A stretch of DNA of 64,000 nucleotides from an uncultured Burkholderiaceae bacterium (GTDB lineage: Bacteria; Pseudomonadota; Gammaproteobacteria; Burkholderiales; Burkholderiaceae_C): the NCBI GenBank assembly GCA_965284315.1, contig OZ260072.1, positions 1,869,243-1,933,242 on the forward strand. The letters are read 5' to 3'. Below the pieces are notes generated by a model that saw only the letters and a program-made list of their open reading frames with translations, was not told the DNA's origin and ran no database searches. Each line of letters begins with the position of its first letter. The stretch's first letter is position 1. The position numbers and the translations under genes are program-made. Of this stretch, positions 19,746 through 28,854 are shown one piece after another.

Positions 19746-20318
19746 TTATTTCGCCAACGCCTTCAGCGCCAGCTTGATGCCCTCGCTCACGCCCACATCG
19801 CCCGGCAGGGCTTTCAGGGCCAGCGCCGCTTCCTTGTCGCTGTAGCCCAGCGCCACCAGCGCCTGCAGGATGTCGGCCTGCGCGTCGCTGGCCAGGTTCA
19901 CCGGCAGGCCCATGTCCACGCCCAGCTTGCCCTTGAGTTCCAGCAGCAGCCGCTCGGCCGTCTTTTTGCCAATGCCCGGCACCTTGACCAGCCGGCCTGC
20001 CTCCTGCAGCGTGATGGCCTGCGCCAGCTCGGCCACCGCCATGCCCGACAGCACCGACAGCGCCATGCGCGGCCCGATGCCCGAAATCTTGATCAGTTGG
20101 CGGAAGGCGTTGCGTTCGTCGTGGGTGGCAAAGCCGTACAGCAGCTGCGCGTCTTCGCGCACCACCATGTGGGTCAACAGCGTCAGCTTCTCGCCGGGGG
20201 CGGGCAGGTTGTAGAACGTGCTCATCGGCACATCCACCTCGTAGCCGACGCCGTGGCAGTCCAGCACGATCTGTGGCGGGTTCTTGTCGCCGAGGATGCC
20301 GCTCAATCTGCCTATCAT
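19746..20318 (-). CDS. ruvA: Holliday junction DNA-binding protein RuvA
   Basis: MIGRLSG..., HhH motifs ([21 protein letters not shown]). Directly upstream of ruvB. Confidence 0.95.
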   Translation of the reverse strand: MIGRLSGILGDKNPPQIVLDCHGVGYEVDVPMSTFYNLPAPGEKLTLLTHMVVREDAQLLYGFATHDERNAFRQLIKISGIGPRMALSVLSGMAVAELAQAITLQEAGRLVKVPGIGKKTAERLLLELKGKLGVDMGLPVNLASDAQADILQALVALGYSDKEAALALKALPGDVGVSEGIKLALKALAK

Positions 20319-20355
20319 TGCCTACCCGATCATTTATTGACATGGAATTATCAGC

Positions 20356-21300
20356 TTGATTCTCCGACACCTCTTTTCGCCACCCAACAACGCGCGCCTG
20401 GCCAACCTCTGTGGGGCCACCGACGCGCACCTGCGCAGCATCGAGGTGGCGCTGGACGTGAAAATCGCCCACCGCCACGAGCAGTTCAAGGTCGATGGCG
20501 CCAAGGCCCGGGCGACCAAGGCGATGGAGGTGCTGCAGGCGATGTACGAGATCGCCGCCAAGCCCATAGAACCCTACACGCTGCAGCTGATGCTGGCGGG
20601 CGACAATTTGGTCACCGGTGCCGGCGACGGGCCATCGCTCGCCACCCGCCGCAGCGACCTGCGCGCCCGCACCCCCAACCAGGGCCACTACCTCGACAGC
20701 ATCGCCGGCAACGACATCACCTTTGGCATCGGCCCCGCCGGCACCGGCAAGACCTACCTGGCCGTGGCCTGCGCGGTGGACGCGCTGGAGCGCAGCACGG
20801 TGCAGCGCATCGTGCTCACCCGTCCGGCGGTGGAGGCCGGCGAGCGGCTGGGCTTTCTGCCTGGCGACATGAACCAGAAGGTCGATCCGTATTTGCGCCC
20901 GCTCTACGACGCGCTGTACGACCTGATGGGCTTTGACAAGGTGCAAAAAGCCTTTGAGCGCCAGGCGCTGGAAATCGCACCGCTGGCCTTCATGCGCGGC
21001 CGCACGCTGAACAACGCCTTCGTGATCCTCGACGAAGCGCAGAACACCACGCCCGAGCAGATGAAGATGTTTTTGACGCGCATCGGCTTTGGTGCCAAGG
21101 CCGTGGTCACCGGCGACGTGAGCCAGATCGATTTGCCCAAGACCCAGCTCAGCGGGTTGATCGAGGCCGAACGCGTGCTCAAGCGCGTCAAAGGCATTGC
21201 CATCTGCCGTTTCACCACCGCCGACGTGGTGCGCCACCCGCTGGTCGCGCGCATTGTGGACGCCTACGACGCCCAGCGCAGCCCCGAAGACGCCCACTGA
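20356..21300 (+). CDS. ybeZ: PhoH family ATPase (YbeZ)
   Basis: Walker [12 protein letters not shown] and LDEAQN motif. Followed by ybeY. Confidence 0.93.
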   Translation: MILRHLFSPPNNARLANLCGATDAHLRSIEVALDVKIAHRHEQFKVDGAKARATKAMEVLQAMYEIAAKPIEPYTLQLMLAGDNLVTGAGDGPSLATRRSDLRARTPNQGHYLDSIAGNDITFGIGPAGTGKTYLAVACAVDALERSTVQRIVLTRPAVEAGERLGFLPGDMNQKVDPYLRPLYDALYDLMGFDKVQKAFERQALEIAPLAFMRGRTLNNAFVILDEAQNTTPEQMKMFLTRIGFGAKAVVTGDVSQIDLPKTQLSGLIEAERVLKRVKGIAICRFTTADVVRHPLVARIVDAYDAQRSPEDAH

Positions 21301-21304
21301 CACC

Positions 21305-21778
21305 ATGGCCCGCACCACGCTCCCTGAACTCAACCTGTCGCTGCAATTCGCCCTCGGCCATGCGGCCGAGATGGCGGCCTTGCACCGCGCCGCCCTGCCG
21401 CGCCACCAGGTGGCCCGCTGGCTTCGTCACGCCCTGGCGAGCGATGCCGACATCACGGTGCGCATCGTGGACGCCGAAGAAGCCCGTCGCCTGAACCGCG
21501 ATTACCGGCAGAAAGACTACGCCACCAACGTGCTGACCTTCGACTACGCCGCCACGCCCCGCGTCATGGCCGACCTGGTGCTGTGCGCGCCCGTGGTGGC
21601 CGCAGAGGCGCTTGACCAGCGCAAGCCCTTGCAGGCCCACTACGCCCACCTGCTGGTGCACGGCGCGCTGCACGCCCAGGGCTGGGACCACGAAACCAGC
21701 CCCCAGGACGCCGACGCCATGGAGGCCCACGAAGTGGCGGTTTTGGCCCGCCTGGGCTTCCCCAACCCCTACGCGTGA
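21305..21778 (+). CDS. ybeY: rRNA maturation endoribonuclease YbeY
   Basis: [15 protein letters not shown] zinc-binding motif. Internal ATG at 21305 chosen. Confidence 0.9.
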   Translation: MARTTLPELNLSLQFALGHAAEMAALHRAALPRHQVARWLRHALASDADITVRIVDAEEARRLNRDYRQKDYATNVLTFDYAATPRVMADLVLCAPVVAAEALDQRKPLQAHYAHLLVHGALHAQGWDHETSPQDADAMEAHEVAVLARLGFPNPYA

Positions 21779-21789
21779 GCCCCAAACGC

Positions 21790-21860
21790 CGATTTTTTAA
21801 CGAAACCGGCCTCCAGCCTTAGTGAAGACTGGACATTCAGCTATGGAATTTGTAGTATGG
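21790..21860 (-). repeat. dispersed repeat element, copy B (intergenic, after ybeY)
   Basis: The reverse complement reads ccatactacaaattccatagctgaatgtccagtcttcactaaggctggaggccggtttcgttaaaaaatc. Confidence 0.8.
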
Positions 21861-21990
21861 AAACGACGGAACTGCACCGTGTTCAGGTGCTTCATGCGGG
21901 CATCTGCCTTCGAGGTCATGGCTAACATCCACCACAAGAGGGTCTGTGTCCACGGACCGCTATTGACAACCCGTTTCCATTGACGTTAAG

Positions 21991-22467
21991 GTGACCGCTG
22001 TGACAACCAAACATCTTTTGCTGTGCATGGCCCTGTGGTTCGGCGCTGCCGCGGGTCACGCGCAGGCGGCGGTGGAAGCCGAGGGCAAAGCCGGCACCCT
22101 GAAAGTGGTGCAGGGCGATGTGCGCGTGGTCGATGTGCGTGGCGAGCGTGCGGTGCAGCCGGGTGACACCGTCACCGTGGCCGACAGCGTGGTCACCGGC
22201 GCCAACGGTTCTGCCAGCCTGGTGCTGCGCGACGGTACCGCACTGGTGCTCGGCCCCAAAACCCGCATCGAACTGAAAGACTTTGCCTTTGACGACGTCA
22301 GCCACAAAGGCAACATGCTCGTCTCGGTGCTGCAGGGGTCGCTGCGCATGATCACCGGCCTGATTTCCAAAGCCAACCCCGGCGCTGCCGCCGTCACCAC
22401 CAAAACCGCAACCATTGGCGTGCGCGGCACCGACTTCATCGTGCAGGTGGACGAATCGGTTCAATGA
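21991..22467 (+). CDS. FecR domain-containing secreted protein
   Basis: Signal peptide and FecR-like beta-rich pattern (GTLKVVQGDVRV...GDTVTVADSVVTGANGSASLVLRDGT...). GTG start uncertain. Confidence 0.65.
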   Translation: MTAVTTKHLLLCMALWFGAAAGHAQAAVEAEGKAGTLKVVQGDVRVVDVRGERAVQPGDTVTVADSVVTGANGSASLVLRDGTALVLGPKTRIELKDFAFDDVSHKGNMLVSVLQGSLRMITGLISKANPGAAAVTTKTATIGVRGTDFIVQVDESVQ

Positions 22468-23096
22468 CGGGGGCTGTGTTCAAGCGGACTGCGGGCCTCG
22501 GCCTGCTCGTGGTGTGCGTGCTGGTCACAGGCTGCGCTTGCCGACCCACCGTTCCCACCACCACGGTGGTGTTGCTGCCGCAAGCCGATGGCTCACCGTC
22601 TTCTCTGGTCGTCACGGCCAACAGCGGTCAGACTTCCCTTGTCGCCAAACCGTACCAAAGCGCCGCCGCCACCTTGGGTGATCGGCAGGCGCCGCGTGTG
22701 GTGCAAGGCGACGCCGAAGACATCAAGCGCCGCTTTGGTTCGCTGCTGAATGCCATTCCAGCCAAACCCGAGCGGTTCACCCTGTACTTCAAGGCCGGCA
22801 GCACCGAGCTGACGGCCGAGTCCCGCATTGCGCTGTTCAACGCCATTTTTGATGCCCAGCAACGCAGCGGTGCCGAGATCGCCATCGTTGGCCACACCGA
22901 CACCACGGGCACCGCCGCCGGCAACGACCGGTTGTCCCAGCGCCGCGCCGAGGCGGTTCACGCCTTGCTGTCGGAGCGCGGCTTCACCCGTGCCATTGTG
23001 GATGTGCGGGCGCTCGGCGAGCGCGAGCCCGCCGTGCCCACCGGCAACTACGTGGCCGAACCACGCAACCGCCGGGTGGAGATCATCGTCCGCTGA
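22464..23096 (+). CDS. OmpA family lipoprotein
   Basis: Lipobox LVTGC. C-terminal OmpA/MotB peptidoglycan-binding domain (GHTDTTGTAAGNDRLSQRRAEAV...NRRVEI). ATGA overlap with the upstream gene. Confidence 0.85.
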   Translation: MTGAVFKRTAGLGLLVVCVLVTGCACRPTVPTTTVVLLPQADGSPSSLVVTANSGQTSLVAKPYQSAAATLGDRQAPRVVQGDAEDIKRRFGSLLNAIPAKPERFTLYFKAGSTELTAESRIALFNAIFDAQQRSGAEIAIVGHTDTTGTAAGNDRLSQRRAEAVHALLSERGFTRAIVDVRALGEREPAVPTGNYVAEPRNRRVEIIVR

Positions 23097-23108
23097 GTGA
23101 GTGGTCGC

Positions 23109-24377
23109 TCACGCTGTGAGCGAGACCCGGGCAAACTTGCGCTTGCCCACCTGCACCACAAACACCCCGGCGTCCAGCTTCAGCCCCTTGTCGCTGACCA
23201 CGCTGGAATCCACGCGCACGCCGCCGCCGTCGATCAGGCGGTTGGCTTCTGAGGTGGACGGTGCCAGCCCGGCCATTTTCAACAGCGCCCCAATCCCCAG
23301 TGGCGCACCCGACAGGCTGATTTCAGGCACCTCATCGGGCACACCGCCCTTGCTGCGGTTGGCAAAGTCCTGCTCGGCCGCTTCGGCCGCGGCGGCCGAA
23401 TGGAAGCGGGTGGTGATCTCGCGTGCCAACAGCACCTTGGCGTCTTTCGGGTTGCGGCCCGCAGCCACCTCGGCCCGCAGCGCGGCAATCTCGTCCAGGC
23501 TGCGGAAGCTCAGCAGGGTGAACCAGCGCCACATCAGCTCGTCGCTGATGCTCAGCACCTTGGCAAACATGGTGTTGGGGGCTTCCGAAATGCCGATGTA
23601 GTTGTTCTTGCTCTTGGACATCTTCTCCACGCCGTCCAGGCCTTCCAGCAACGGCATGGTCAAAATGCACTGCGGCTCCTGCCCGTACTCGGCCTGCAAG
23701 TGGCGGCCCACCAGCAAATTGAATTTCTGGTCGGTGCCGCCCAGCTCCAGGTCGCTTTTGAGCGCCACCGAGTCGTAGCCCTGCATCAGTGGGTACAAAA
23801 ATTCGTGCACCGAGATGGAGCGGCCTTCCTTGAAGCGCTTGCTGAAGTCGTCACGTTCCATCATGCGCGCCACGGTGTAGCGGGAGGCGAGTTCGATCAT
23901 GCCGCGCGCCCCCAGCGGGTCGCACCATTCGCTGTTGTAGCGAATTTCCGTCTTGTCAGGGTCCAGCACCATGCTGGCCTGGGCGTAGTAGGTCTGCGCG
24001 TTGGCCGCGATCTGCTCTTTGGTCAGCGGCGGGCGGGTGGTGTTGCGGCCCGACGGGTCGCCGATCATCGACGTGAAGTCGCCGATCAGGAAAATCACCG
24101 TGTGGCCCAAGTCTTGCAACTGACGCAGCTTGTTCAACACCACGGTATGGCCCAAATGAATGTCTGGCGCGGTCGGGTCCAACCCCAGCTTGATGCGCAG
24201 CGGTACGCCACTGGTTTCGGCGCGCTGCAGCTTTTTGACCCATTCGTCACGTGGCAGCAGCTCATCGCAGCCGCGCAAGCTGACCTGCAGCGCGTGGGCG
24301 ACACCCTCGCTGATGGTTACAGGTGGGGTGTTGACGGACTCGGCAGAGGTTGCGGGCGCGTTGAGTACGGTATTCAT
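23109..24377 (-). CDS. tyrS: tyrosine--tRNA ligase
   Basis: HLGH (DIHLGHTV) and KMSKS motifs, with a C-terminal S4-like domain. Confidence 0.95.
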   Translation of the reverse strand: MNTVLNAPATSAESVNTPPVTISEGVAHALQVSLRGCDELLPRDEWVKKLQRAETSGVPLRIKLGLDPTAPDIHLGHTVVLNKLRQLQDLGHTVIFLIGDFTSMIGDPSGRNTTRPPLTKEQIAANAQTYYAQASMVLDPDKTEIRYNSEWCDPLGARGMIELASRYTVARMMERDDFSKRFKEGRSISVHEFLYPLMQGYDSVALKSDLELGGTDQKFNLLVGRHLQAEYGQEPQCILTMPLLEGLDGVEKMSKSKNNYIGISEAPNTMFAKVLSISDELMWRWFTLLSFRSLDEIAALRAEVAAGRNPKDAKVLLAREITTRFHSAAAAEAAEQDFANRSKGGVPDEVPEISLSGAPLGIGALLKMAGLAPSTSEANRLIDGGGVRVDSSVVSDKGLKLDAGVFVVQVGKRKFARVSLTA

Positions 24378-24448
24378 AGGGTTTTTCGGCGGACATCGGC
24401 GCTCAAGGCCGATATACTCTTTTCACTCGCATTTCATGGTTTGACGCT

Positions 24449-25897
24449 GTGGATTTTAGTTGCCCAGCCGCTGGTGCTGGCCAACACGTCAAACCATTCG
24501 CCAGCCTCGCGCTGCCGCACAACCAAGTTGGGGACACTAGATTGCAAGCACACGGTCTGACTGCCGCAGGGCACGCCCTTTTCAAATTCATTTCCACCAG
24601 CATCCAGCGCCACCCCAAACGGCTCACCACCGTGCTGGCCGCGCTCATGCTCGGCGGTGGCGGCGGTGCCTTTGCCGTGGCCTCGTTGGTCCCTGACGTT
24701 GCCGACCTGCCGGTGCGCGAAGTGGTGGAAGCGGTTCAGCCGCTGCCGTACGGGCCACAAGCCGCTTTGCTCGACGTGCACAGCTTCAATCTGTTCCGCT
24801 CAGACGTCAGCCGCTCGACCGACTCTGCACAGAGCCTGTTGGCGCGTTTGGGCATTGACGATGCCGAAGCCGTGGCTTTTGTGCGCAACAACGCCTTGAT
24901 GCAAAAGAACGTGATCGGCCGCGCTGGCCGCTCCGTCACCGCCGAAGCCGACGACCAAAATGCCTTGCGCAAACTCACCACCCGCTGGAACAGTGACACA
25001 GAAGGCAGCTTCAACCGCCTGGTGATCGAGAAATCAGCCCAGGGCTTTCAGGCCCGTGTGGAAACCGCACCGCTTGCGGCATCGACCCAGCTCGCCAGCG
25101 GCACCATCCGCACCTCGCTGTTTGCCGCGACGGATGACGCCCGGATTCCCGATGCGATCGCCATCAACCTGGCCGAGATTTTCTCCAGCGAAATCGACTT
25201 CCACCGTGCGCTGCGCAAAGGGGACCGTTTCTCAGTGGTTTATGAAACCCTGGAAGCCGACGGCGAACCCGTCCGCAGTGGCCGCGTGCTGAGTGCCGAA
25301 TTTGTCAACAACGGCAAAACCTACCAGGCCATCTGGTTCCAGGAGCCTGGGCAAAAGGGGGGCTATTACACGCTCGACGGCCAAAGCCTGCGCCGCCCTT
25401 ACCTCGCTTCGCCCATGGCTTTCTCCCGCATGAGCAGCGGCTTCAAGATGCGTTTCCACCCGATCTTGAAAACCTGGCGTGCGCACTTGGGTGTGGACTA
25501 CGCTGCGCCCACCGGCACCCCTGTGCGCGCGGTGGGTGGTGGTGTGGTTGACTTCGCCGGTCGCCAAGGTGGCTTTGGCAACGTGGTGTTCATCAAGCAC
25601 CGCAACAACCACACCACGGTGTATGCCCACCTGAGCCGCATCAATGTGCGCAAAGGCCAAAGCATCGAACAAGGTGAAACCCTTGGCGCTGTCGGTGCCA
25701 CCGGCTGGGCCACCGGTCCCCACTTGCATTTTGAGTTCCGCGTCAATGGCGTGCACCAAGACCCGTTGTTGCTGGCCCGCCAGAGCGAAGCCATTCCTGT
25801 GTCCACCGCGGCACGTCCGCTGTTTGAGCGCACGTCTGCTGCCATGCGGCCACAGCTCGCTGCAGCGGCATTGGCCAGCGTCGCCAGCGCACAGTAG
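24449..25897 (+). CDS. M23 family peptidoglycan metalloendopeptidase
   Basis: HLGVDYAAP...GFGNVVFIKH...GATGWATGPHLHFE motifs. The N-terminal start (GTG at 24449) is uncertain. Confidence 0.85.
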   Translation: MDFSCPAAGAGQHVKPFASLALPHNQVGDTRLQAHGLTAAGHALFKFISTSIQRHPKRLTTVLAALMLGGGGGAFAVASLVPDVADLPVREVVEAVQPLPYGPQAALLDVHSFNLFRSDVSRSTDSAQSLLARLGIDDAEAVAFVRNNALMQKNVIGRAGRSVTAEADDQNALRKLTTRWNSDTEGSFNRLVIEKSAQGFQARVETAPLAASTQLASGTIRTSLFAATDDARIPDAIAINLAEIFSSEIDFHRALRKGDRFSVVYETLEADGEPVRSGRVLSAEFVNNGKTYQAIWFQEPGQKGGYYTLDGQSLRRPYLASPMAFSRMSSGFKMRFHPILKTWRAHLGVDYAAPTGTPVRAVGGGVVDFAGRQGGFGNVVFIKHRNNHTTVYAHLSRINVRKGQSIEQGETLGAVGATGWATGPHLHFEFRVNGVHQDPLLLARQSEAIPVSTAARPLFERTSAAMRPQLAAAALASVASAQ

Positions 25898-25910
25898 TCA
25901 GCCAATCGCG

Positions 25911-25934
25911 AGCGTGACCGTCCACGGTCACGCT
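25911..25934 (+). terminator. perfect 10-bp stem hairpin after the M23 peptidase gene (no T-tract)
   Basis: AGCGTGACCG-TCCA-CGGTCACGCT, 14 nt after the stop codon. Confidence 0.4.
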
Positions 25935-26017
25935 GGTAGAGGTGCGCTGGAAGCCGACTGAACACCATCTAAGGGTTTTCGGTGTCGGTGACAAAACTTT
26001 TCAAGCCGTTATAGGTC

Positions 26018-26042
26018 ACAAACAGCCGTCTGTGCTGTTTGT
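26018..26042. promoter_or_regulatory. perfect 9-bp inverted repeat just upstream of the 26061 gene
   Basis: ACAAACAGC-N7-GCTGTTTGT, followed by RBS CAGGAG and the ATG. Confidence 0.35.
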
Positions 26043-26060
26043 ACCGTCAGGAGCTGTTCC

Positions 26061-26555
26061 ATGTTCAAGAAAATTCCGGTTCTCGCCTTTGGCCTGGCCA
26101 CGTTGACGCTGCTGTCCGCAGTCAGCAGCCACGCGAAACAGCCGCGTGAGCGTGTCTTGAAAAATGCCGAGGTGTTTGTTGACCAGCCCGACAACCTGGC
26201 CACCCGCGTGAAGGTGCTGACCGACGCCAAAGGTGGGTTCCAGGTGACCAACCTGAAACCAGGCATGTACAGAATCGTTGTGCAGACGGGTGAGCCCCCC
26301 AAAGACAAAGACGGCAAGAACCTGGCCGCCAACGACTATGTGGGCCCACAAGGCCTGCGTGGCGCGGTTCGCTGGGGTGAGGCGCGTAAACAGTATGGCG
26401 ACATCAACTACGTCACATTGACCATGGAGCCCACGCGCAGCACTGGCCCATTCAGCCAGAACCAGAAGCTCGTCAACGGGCGAACCATGGGCGTGTTTGT
26501 CACGGTCTACAGCGACAAGGAAGTTCTCAAAGGCGTGGTGACAGGGGAGCCTTGA
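26061..26555 (+). CDS. small secreted protein with carboxypeptidase-regulatory-like (Ig-like) segment
   Basis: Sec signal peptide MFKKIPVLAFGLATLTLLSAVSSHA. The stretch VKVLTDAKGGFQVTNLKPGMYRIVVQ resembles CarboxypepD_reg repeats. Lower GC than the flanks. Confidence 0.55.
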   Translation: MFKKIPVLAFGLATLTLLSAVSSHAKQPRERVLKNAEVFVDQPDNLATRVKVLTDAKGGFQVTNLKPGMYRIVVQTGEPPKDKDGKNLAANDYVGPQGLRGAVRWGEARKQYGDINYVTLTMEPTRSTGPFSQNQKLVNGRTMGVFVTVYSDKEVLKGVVTGEP

Positions 26556-26617
26556 ACCGGGGCAAGCTTCAGGCCCACCGTTTCTTATCTGCGCGCTCAA
26601 AAATCGACAGGCAGCTC

Positions 26618-26932
26618 ATGTTCTACAAAAAATCAGCAGCTCTGATCGTTGCAACTGCCAGCCTGTGTGTACCCACCGTGTCGCAGGCGAGCTTGGGCAT
26701 TGCCAGTGCGCAAAACTGCATGGAATGCCACGCTGTTGACCGCCATTTCAACGCACCGTCTTTCAGGCAGATCGGCGCACGGTACAAGGGTGACAAAACC
26801 GCCCAGGACCGTCTGGCCAAAAAAGTCTTGACAGGTGGCGGCGGCCAATGGGGTCCGAACTCCATGCCCCCCCAGATCATTACCAAGTCCGACGCGCAGA
26901 AAGTCGTGGCCTGGATACTCACCTTGAAGTAA
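26618..26932 (+). CDS. class I c-type cytochrome (c551/c8-like)
   Basis: Signal peptide, heme motif CMECH, and distal Met region (GPNSMPP). About 104 aa. Confidence 0.8.
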   Translation: MFYKKSAALIVATASLCVPTVSQASLGIASAQNCMECHAVDRHFNAPSFRQIGARYKGDKTAQDRLAKKVLTGGGGQWGPNSMPPQIITKSDAQKVVAWILTLK

Positions 26933-26963
26933 GCCACACAACCATTCAACCAACGCGAACATG

Positions 26964-26991
26964 AAAAAGGGGCCCGAAGGCCCCTTTTTTT
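26964..26991. terminator. bidirectional rho-independent terminator
   Basis: AAAAA-GGGGCC-CGAA-GGCCCC-TTTTTTT between convergent genes. Confidence 0.85.
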
Positions 26992-27009
26992 GGAGAGAAG
27001 AATCCCTGA

Positions 27010-28239
27010 TTACAGGAATTTGCCCACCGCACCCAAGGCGATAGGGCCAGCGATTGGCACTTCCTGAACCAGGTTGGTGATGGGCACAAGGGCTGGCAAG
27101 AGCACGTCGCCAACGGGGGCCAGAAGACCTGCCGATACGCCGCCCAAACCAGTCGCCGTCAGAACCTGGTGGAAAGGCAGGTCGTTGCTCAGCTGGTCGC
27201 CACCGCCAATGCCGGCAACAATGTCGTCCACGTACACGATCTGGTCGGTCAGGCCGGTGATCAAGTCGAGCGTGGCGTTGAGTTGCTTGCCGTCGGTGAA
27301 GTCACCGATCAGAGGCAGGTCTACTAAAGCACCTTCAATCGCATTGGTCAACGAACCCAAGATACCTTGCTCGGTCACCAGGAATTGCAGGTAGTCTTCC
27401 GACAGCAAACCACCGCTGTAGGCGCCGATGAAGGCGGTGACAGCGGGCAAGTCACCACCGACGACCATGCGCGTGATTTCATTTACCAGTGGGATGCCTT
27501 CGGTGAGGGCAACAGGGCGGGTGGCGAGTTCATACAAGAGGATTTCTTCACCGACCGAGTTGCCACCCAACAGGCTTTGGGCAAGCCCAAACAAAGGCGT
27601 GCCGTACAGCGGGGTCACCAGGAAGCTGGAGAGCGAACCACCTTCAACACCTTGGCCAACGATGCCGTTGAGGGCTTCGCCTAGGATGGGGATGCCGTAC
27701 GTTGCGTCGGCTAACGTGGCCAGCAAGCCGCCGATTGGCGAAGAGCTGCTGCCGCCGACGTCGCCAGTGCCGGAAGTACCCGCACCACCGCCCAAGCCAC
27801 CCAGACCGCCGCTGAGGAGGTCAAGGCCGGGCAGGCCACCACCGCCCAGGCCGCCGAGTGCGTCCACACCAGGCAGGGCCGCTGTGGCAGTGCCGCTACC
27901 CAAACCGCCGGTCAGGCCAGACAACAGGTCCAGCGGCGAACCGCCACCGGTCAAACCACCCAGCAGGTCCAATGGCGAGCCGCCACCGGTCAAACCACCC
28001 AGCAGGTCCAGCGGCGAACCGCCACCGGTCAAACCACCCAGCAGGTCCAATGGCGAGCCGCCACCGGTCAAACCACCGAGGATGCTCAGAGGTGAAGAAG
28101 AGCCTTCTTCGCCGCCACCAGTCAGGCCGGTCAACAGGCTCAGCGGGGAACCTGCGCCACCCGACAGACCGCCCAAGAGGCCGGTCAGGCTGCCGAGTCC
28201 GCCACCTGCGCTCAACAAAGAGTCAAAAGGAAGTGCCAT
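27010..28239 (-). CDS. orphan acidic Gly/Leu-rich repeat protein
   Basis: RBS GGAGA 8 nt upstream of the ATG. Codon usage matches the two upstream genes. N-terminal third is made of GSPLDLLGGLTGG repeats. No recognisable family, signal peptide or cofactor motif. Confidence 0.6.
   Translation of the reverse strand: MALPFDSLLSAGGGLGSLTGLLGGLSGGAGSPLSLLTGLTGGGEEGSSSPLSILGGLTGGGSPLDLLGGLTGGGSPLDLLGGLTGGGSPLDLLGGLTGGGSPLDLLSGLTGGLGSGTATAALPGVDALGGLGGGGLPGLDLLSGGLGGLGGGAGTSGTGDVGGSSSSPIGGLLATLADATYGIPILGEALNGIVGQGVEGGSLSSFLVTPLYGTPLFGLAQSLLGGNSVGEEILLYELATRPVALTEGIPLVNEITRMVVGGDLPAVTAFIGAYSGGLLSEDYLQFLVTEQGILGSLTNAIEGALVDLPLIGDFTDGKQLNATLDLITGLTDQIVYVDDIVAGIGGGDQLSNDLPFHQVLTATGLGGVSAGLLAPVGDVLLPALVPITNLVQEVPIAGPIALGAVGKFL
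27892..28086 (-). repeat. in-frame 39-bp tandem repeats (core 27931-28086, four units in ABAB pattern, plus degenerate flanking units)
   Basis: Plus-strand units cagcggcgaaccgccaccggtcaaaccacccagcaggtc and caatggcgagccgccaccggtcaaaccacccagcaggtc alternate. Both encode DLLGGLTGGGSPL. Confidence 0.9.
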
Positions 28240-28260
28240 TTTAATTCTCCAATATAAGGT

Positions 28261-28833
28261 TCAACGGAATGACGGCGCAGCAGCCATCATGGCGGCGCGG
28301 ATACGTGGGTACGTACCGCAGCGGCACATGTTGGCTTGCATGGCGTTCGTGATGCCTTCATCTGTCGCGGCACCTTTGACGCGGGTCAGATACTCGTAAG
28401 CGCTCATCAACTGACCCGCCTGACAAAAACCACACTGGGCAACGTCAAACTGTTCCCATGCGGCCTGCAGTGCAGGGCCGTTGGGCAGGCCCGACAGGCC
28501 TTCGATCGTGGTGATGTTGATTGCAGGAGTGCTGCCTGCCGCGACGCCGACGTCACCAATACGCGTCACGCAAGTACGGAATTTGTTCTTTTGCGTGGTT
28601 GGCTGTGTGCCGCTGAAACGGCTGTCAGGCGAGTAAGGGCTGTTGCCATTGCCGCCTTCAGCGACGATGGGTGTTGACGAGTTGCAGGTGCAAGCACCGC
28701 AAACGCCCACGCCACAACCGTACTTGGGGCCTGTCAATTCCAGCTTGTCGCGCAGGATGTACAGGAGGTAATCGTTCTTGTCAGCTGTAACGGTGCGTGG
28801 CGTGCCGTTCACTGAAATGGTAAAAGATGCCAT
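28261..28833 (-). CDS. (2Fe-2S)-binding small subunit of a molybdopterin oxidoreductase (IorA/CoxS-like)
   Basis: Cluster I CGVGVCGAC...C and cluster II QCGFCQAGQLMS...CRCGTY. An unusual long insertion lies inside cluster I. Confidence 0.85.
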   Translation of the reverse strand: MASFTISVNGTPRTVTADKNDYLLYILRDKLELTGPKYGCGVGVCGACTCNSSTPIVAEGGNGNSPYSPDSRFSGTQPTTQKNKFRTCVTRIGDVGVAAGSTPAINITTIEGLSGLPNGPALQAAWEQFDVAQCGFCQAGQLMSAYEYLTRVKGAATDEGITNAMQANMCRCGTYPRIRAAMMAAAPSFR

Positions 28834-28854
28834 GGTATGTGTGCTCCTGAAGGA

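Noticed and set aside
27892-28086. Possible CRISPR array, because of regular 39-bp repeats
   Set aside because: The units are directly adjacent with no spacers, lie inside an ORF in frame, and no cas genes are present.
27428-28399. 323-aa proline-rich ORF on the plus strand
   Set aside because: It is the antisense reading of the Gly-rich repeat gene (GGN codons read as NCC). It has no RBS and would run into the convergent FeS-subunit gene. The minus-strand gene has an RBS and operon context.
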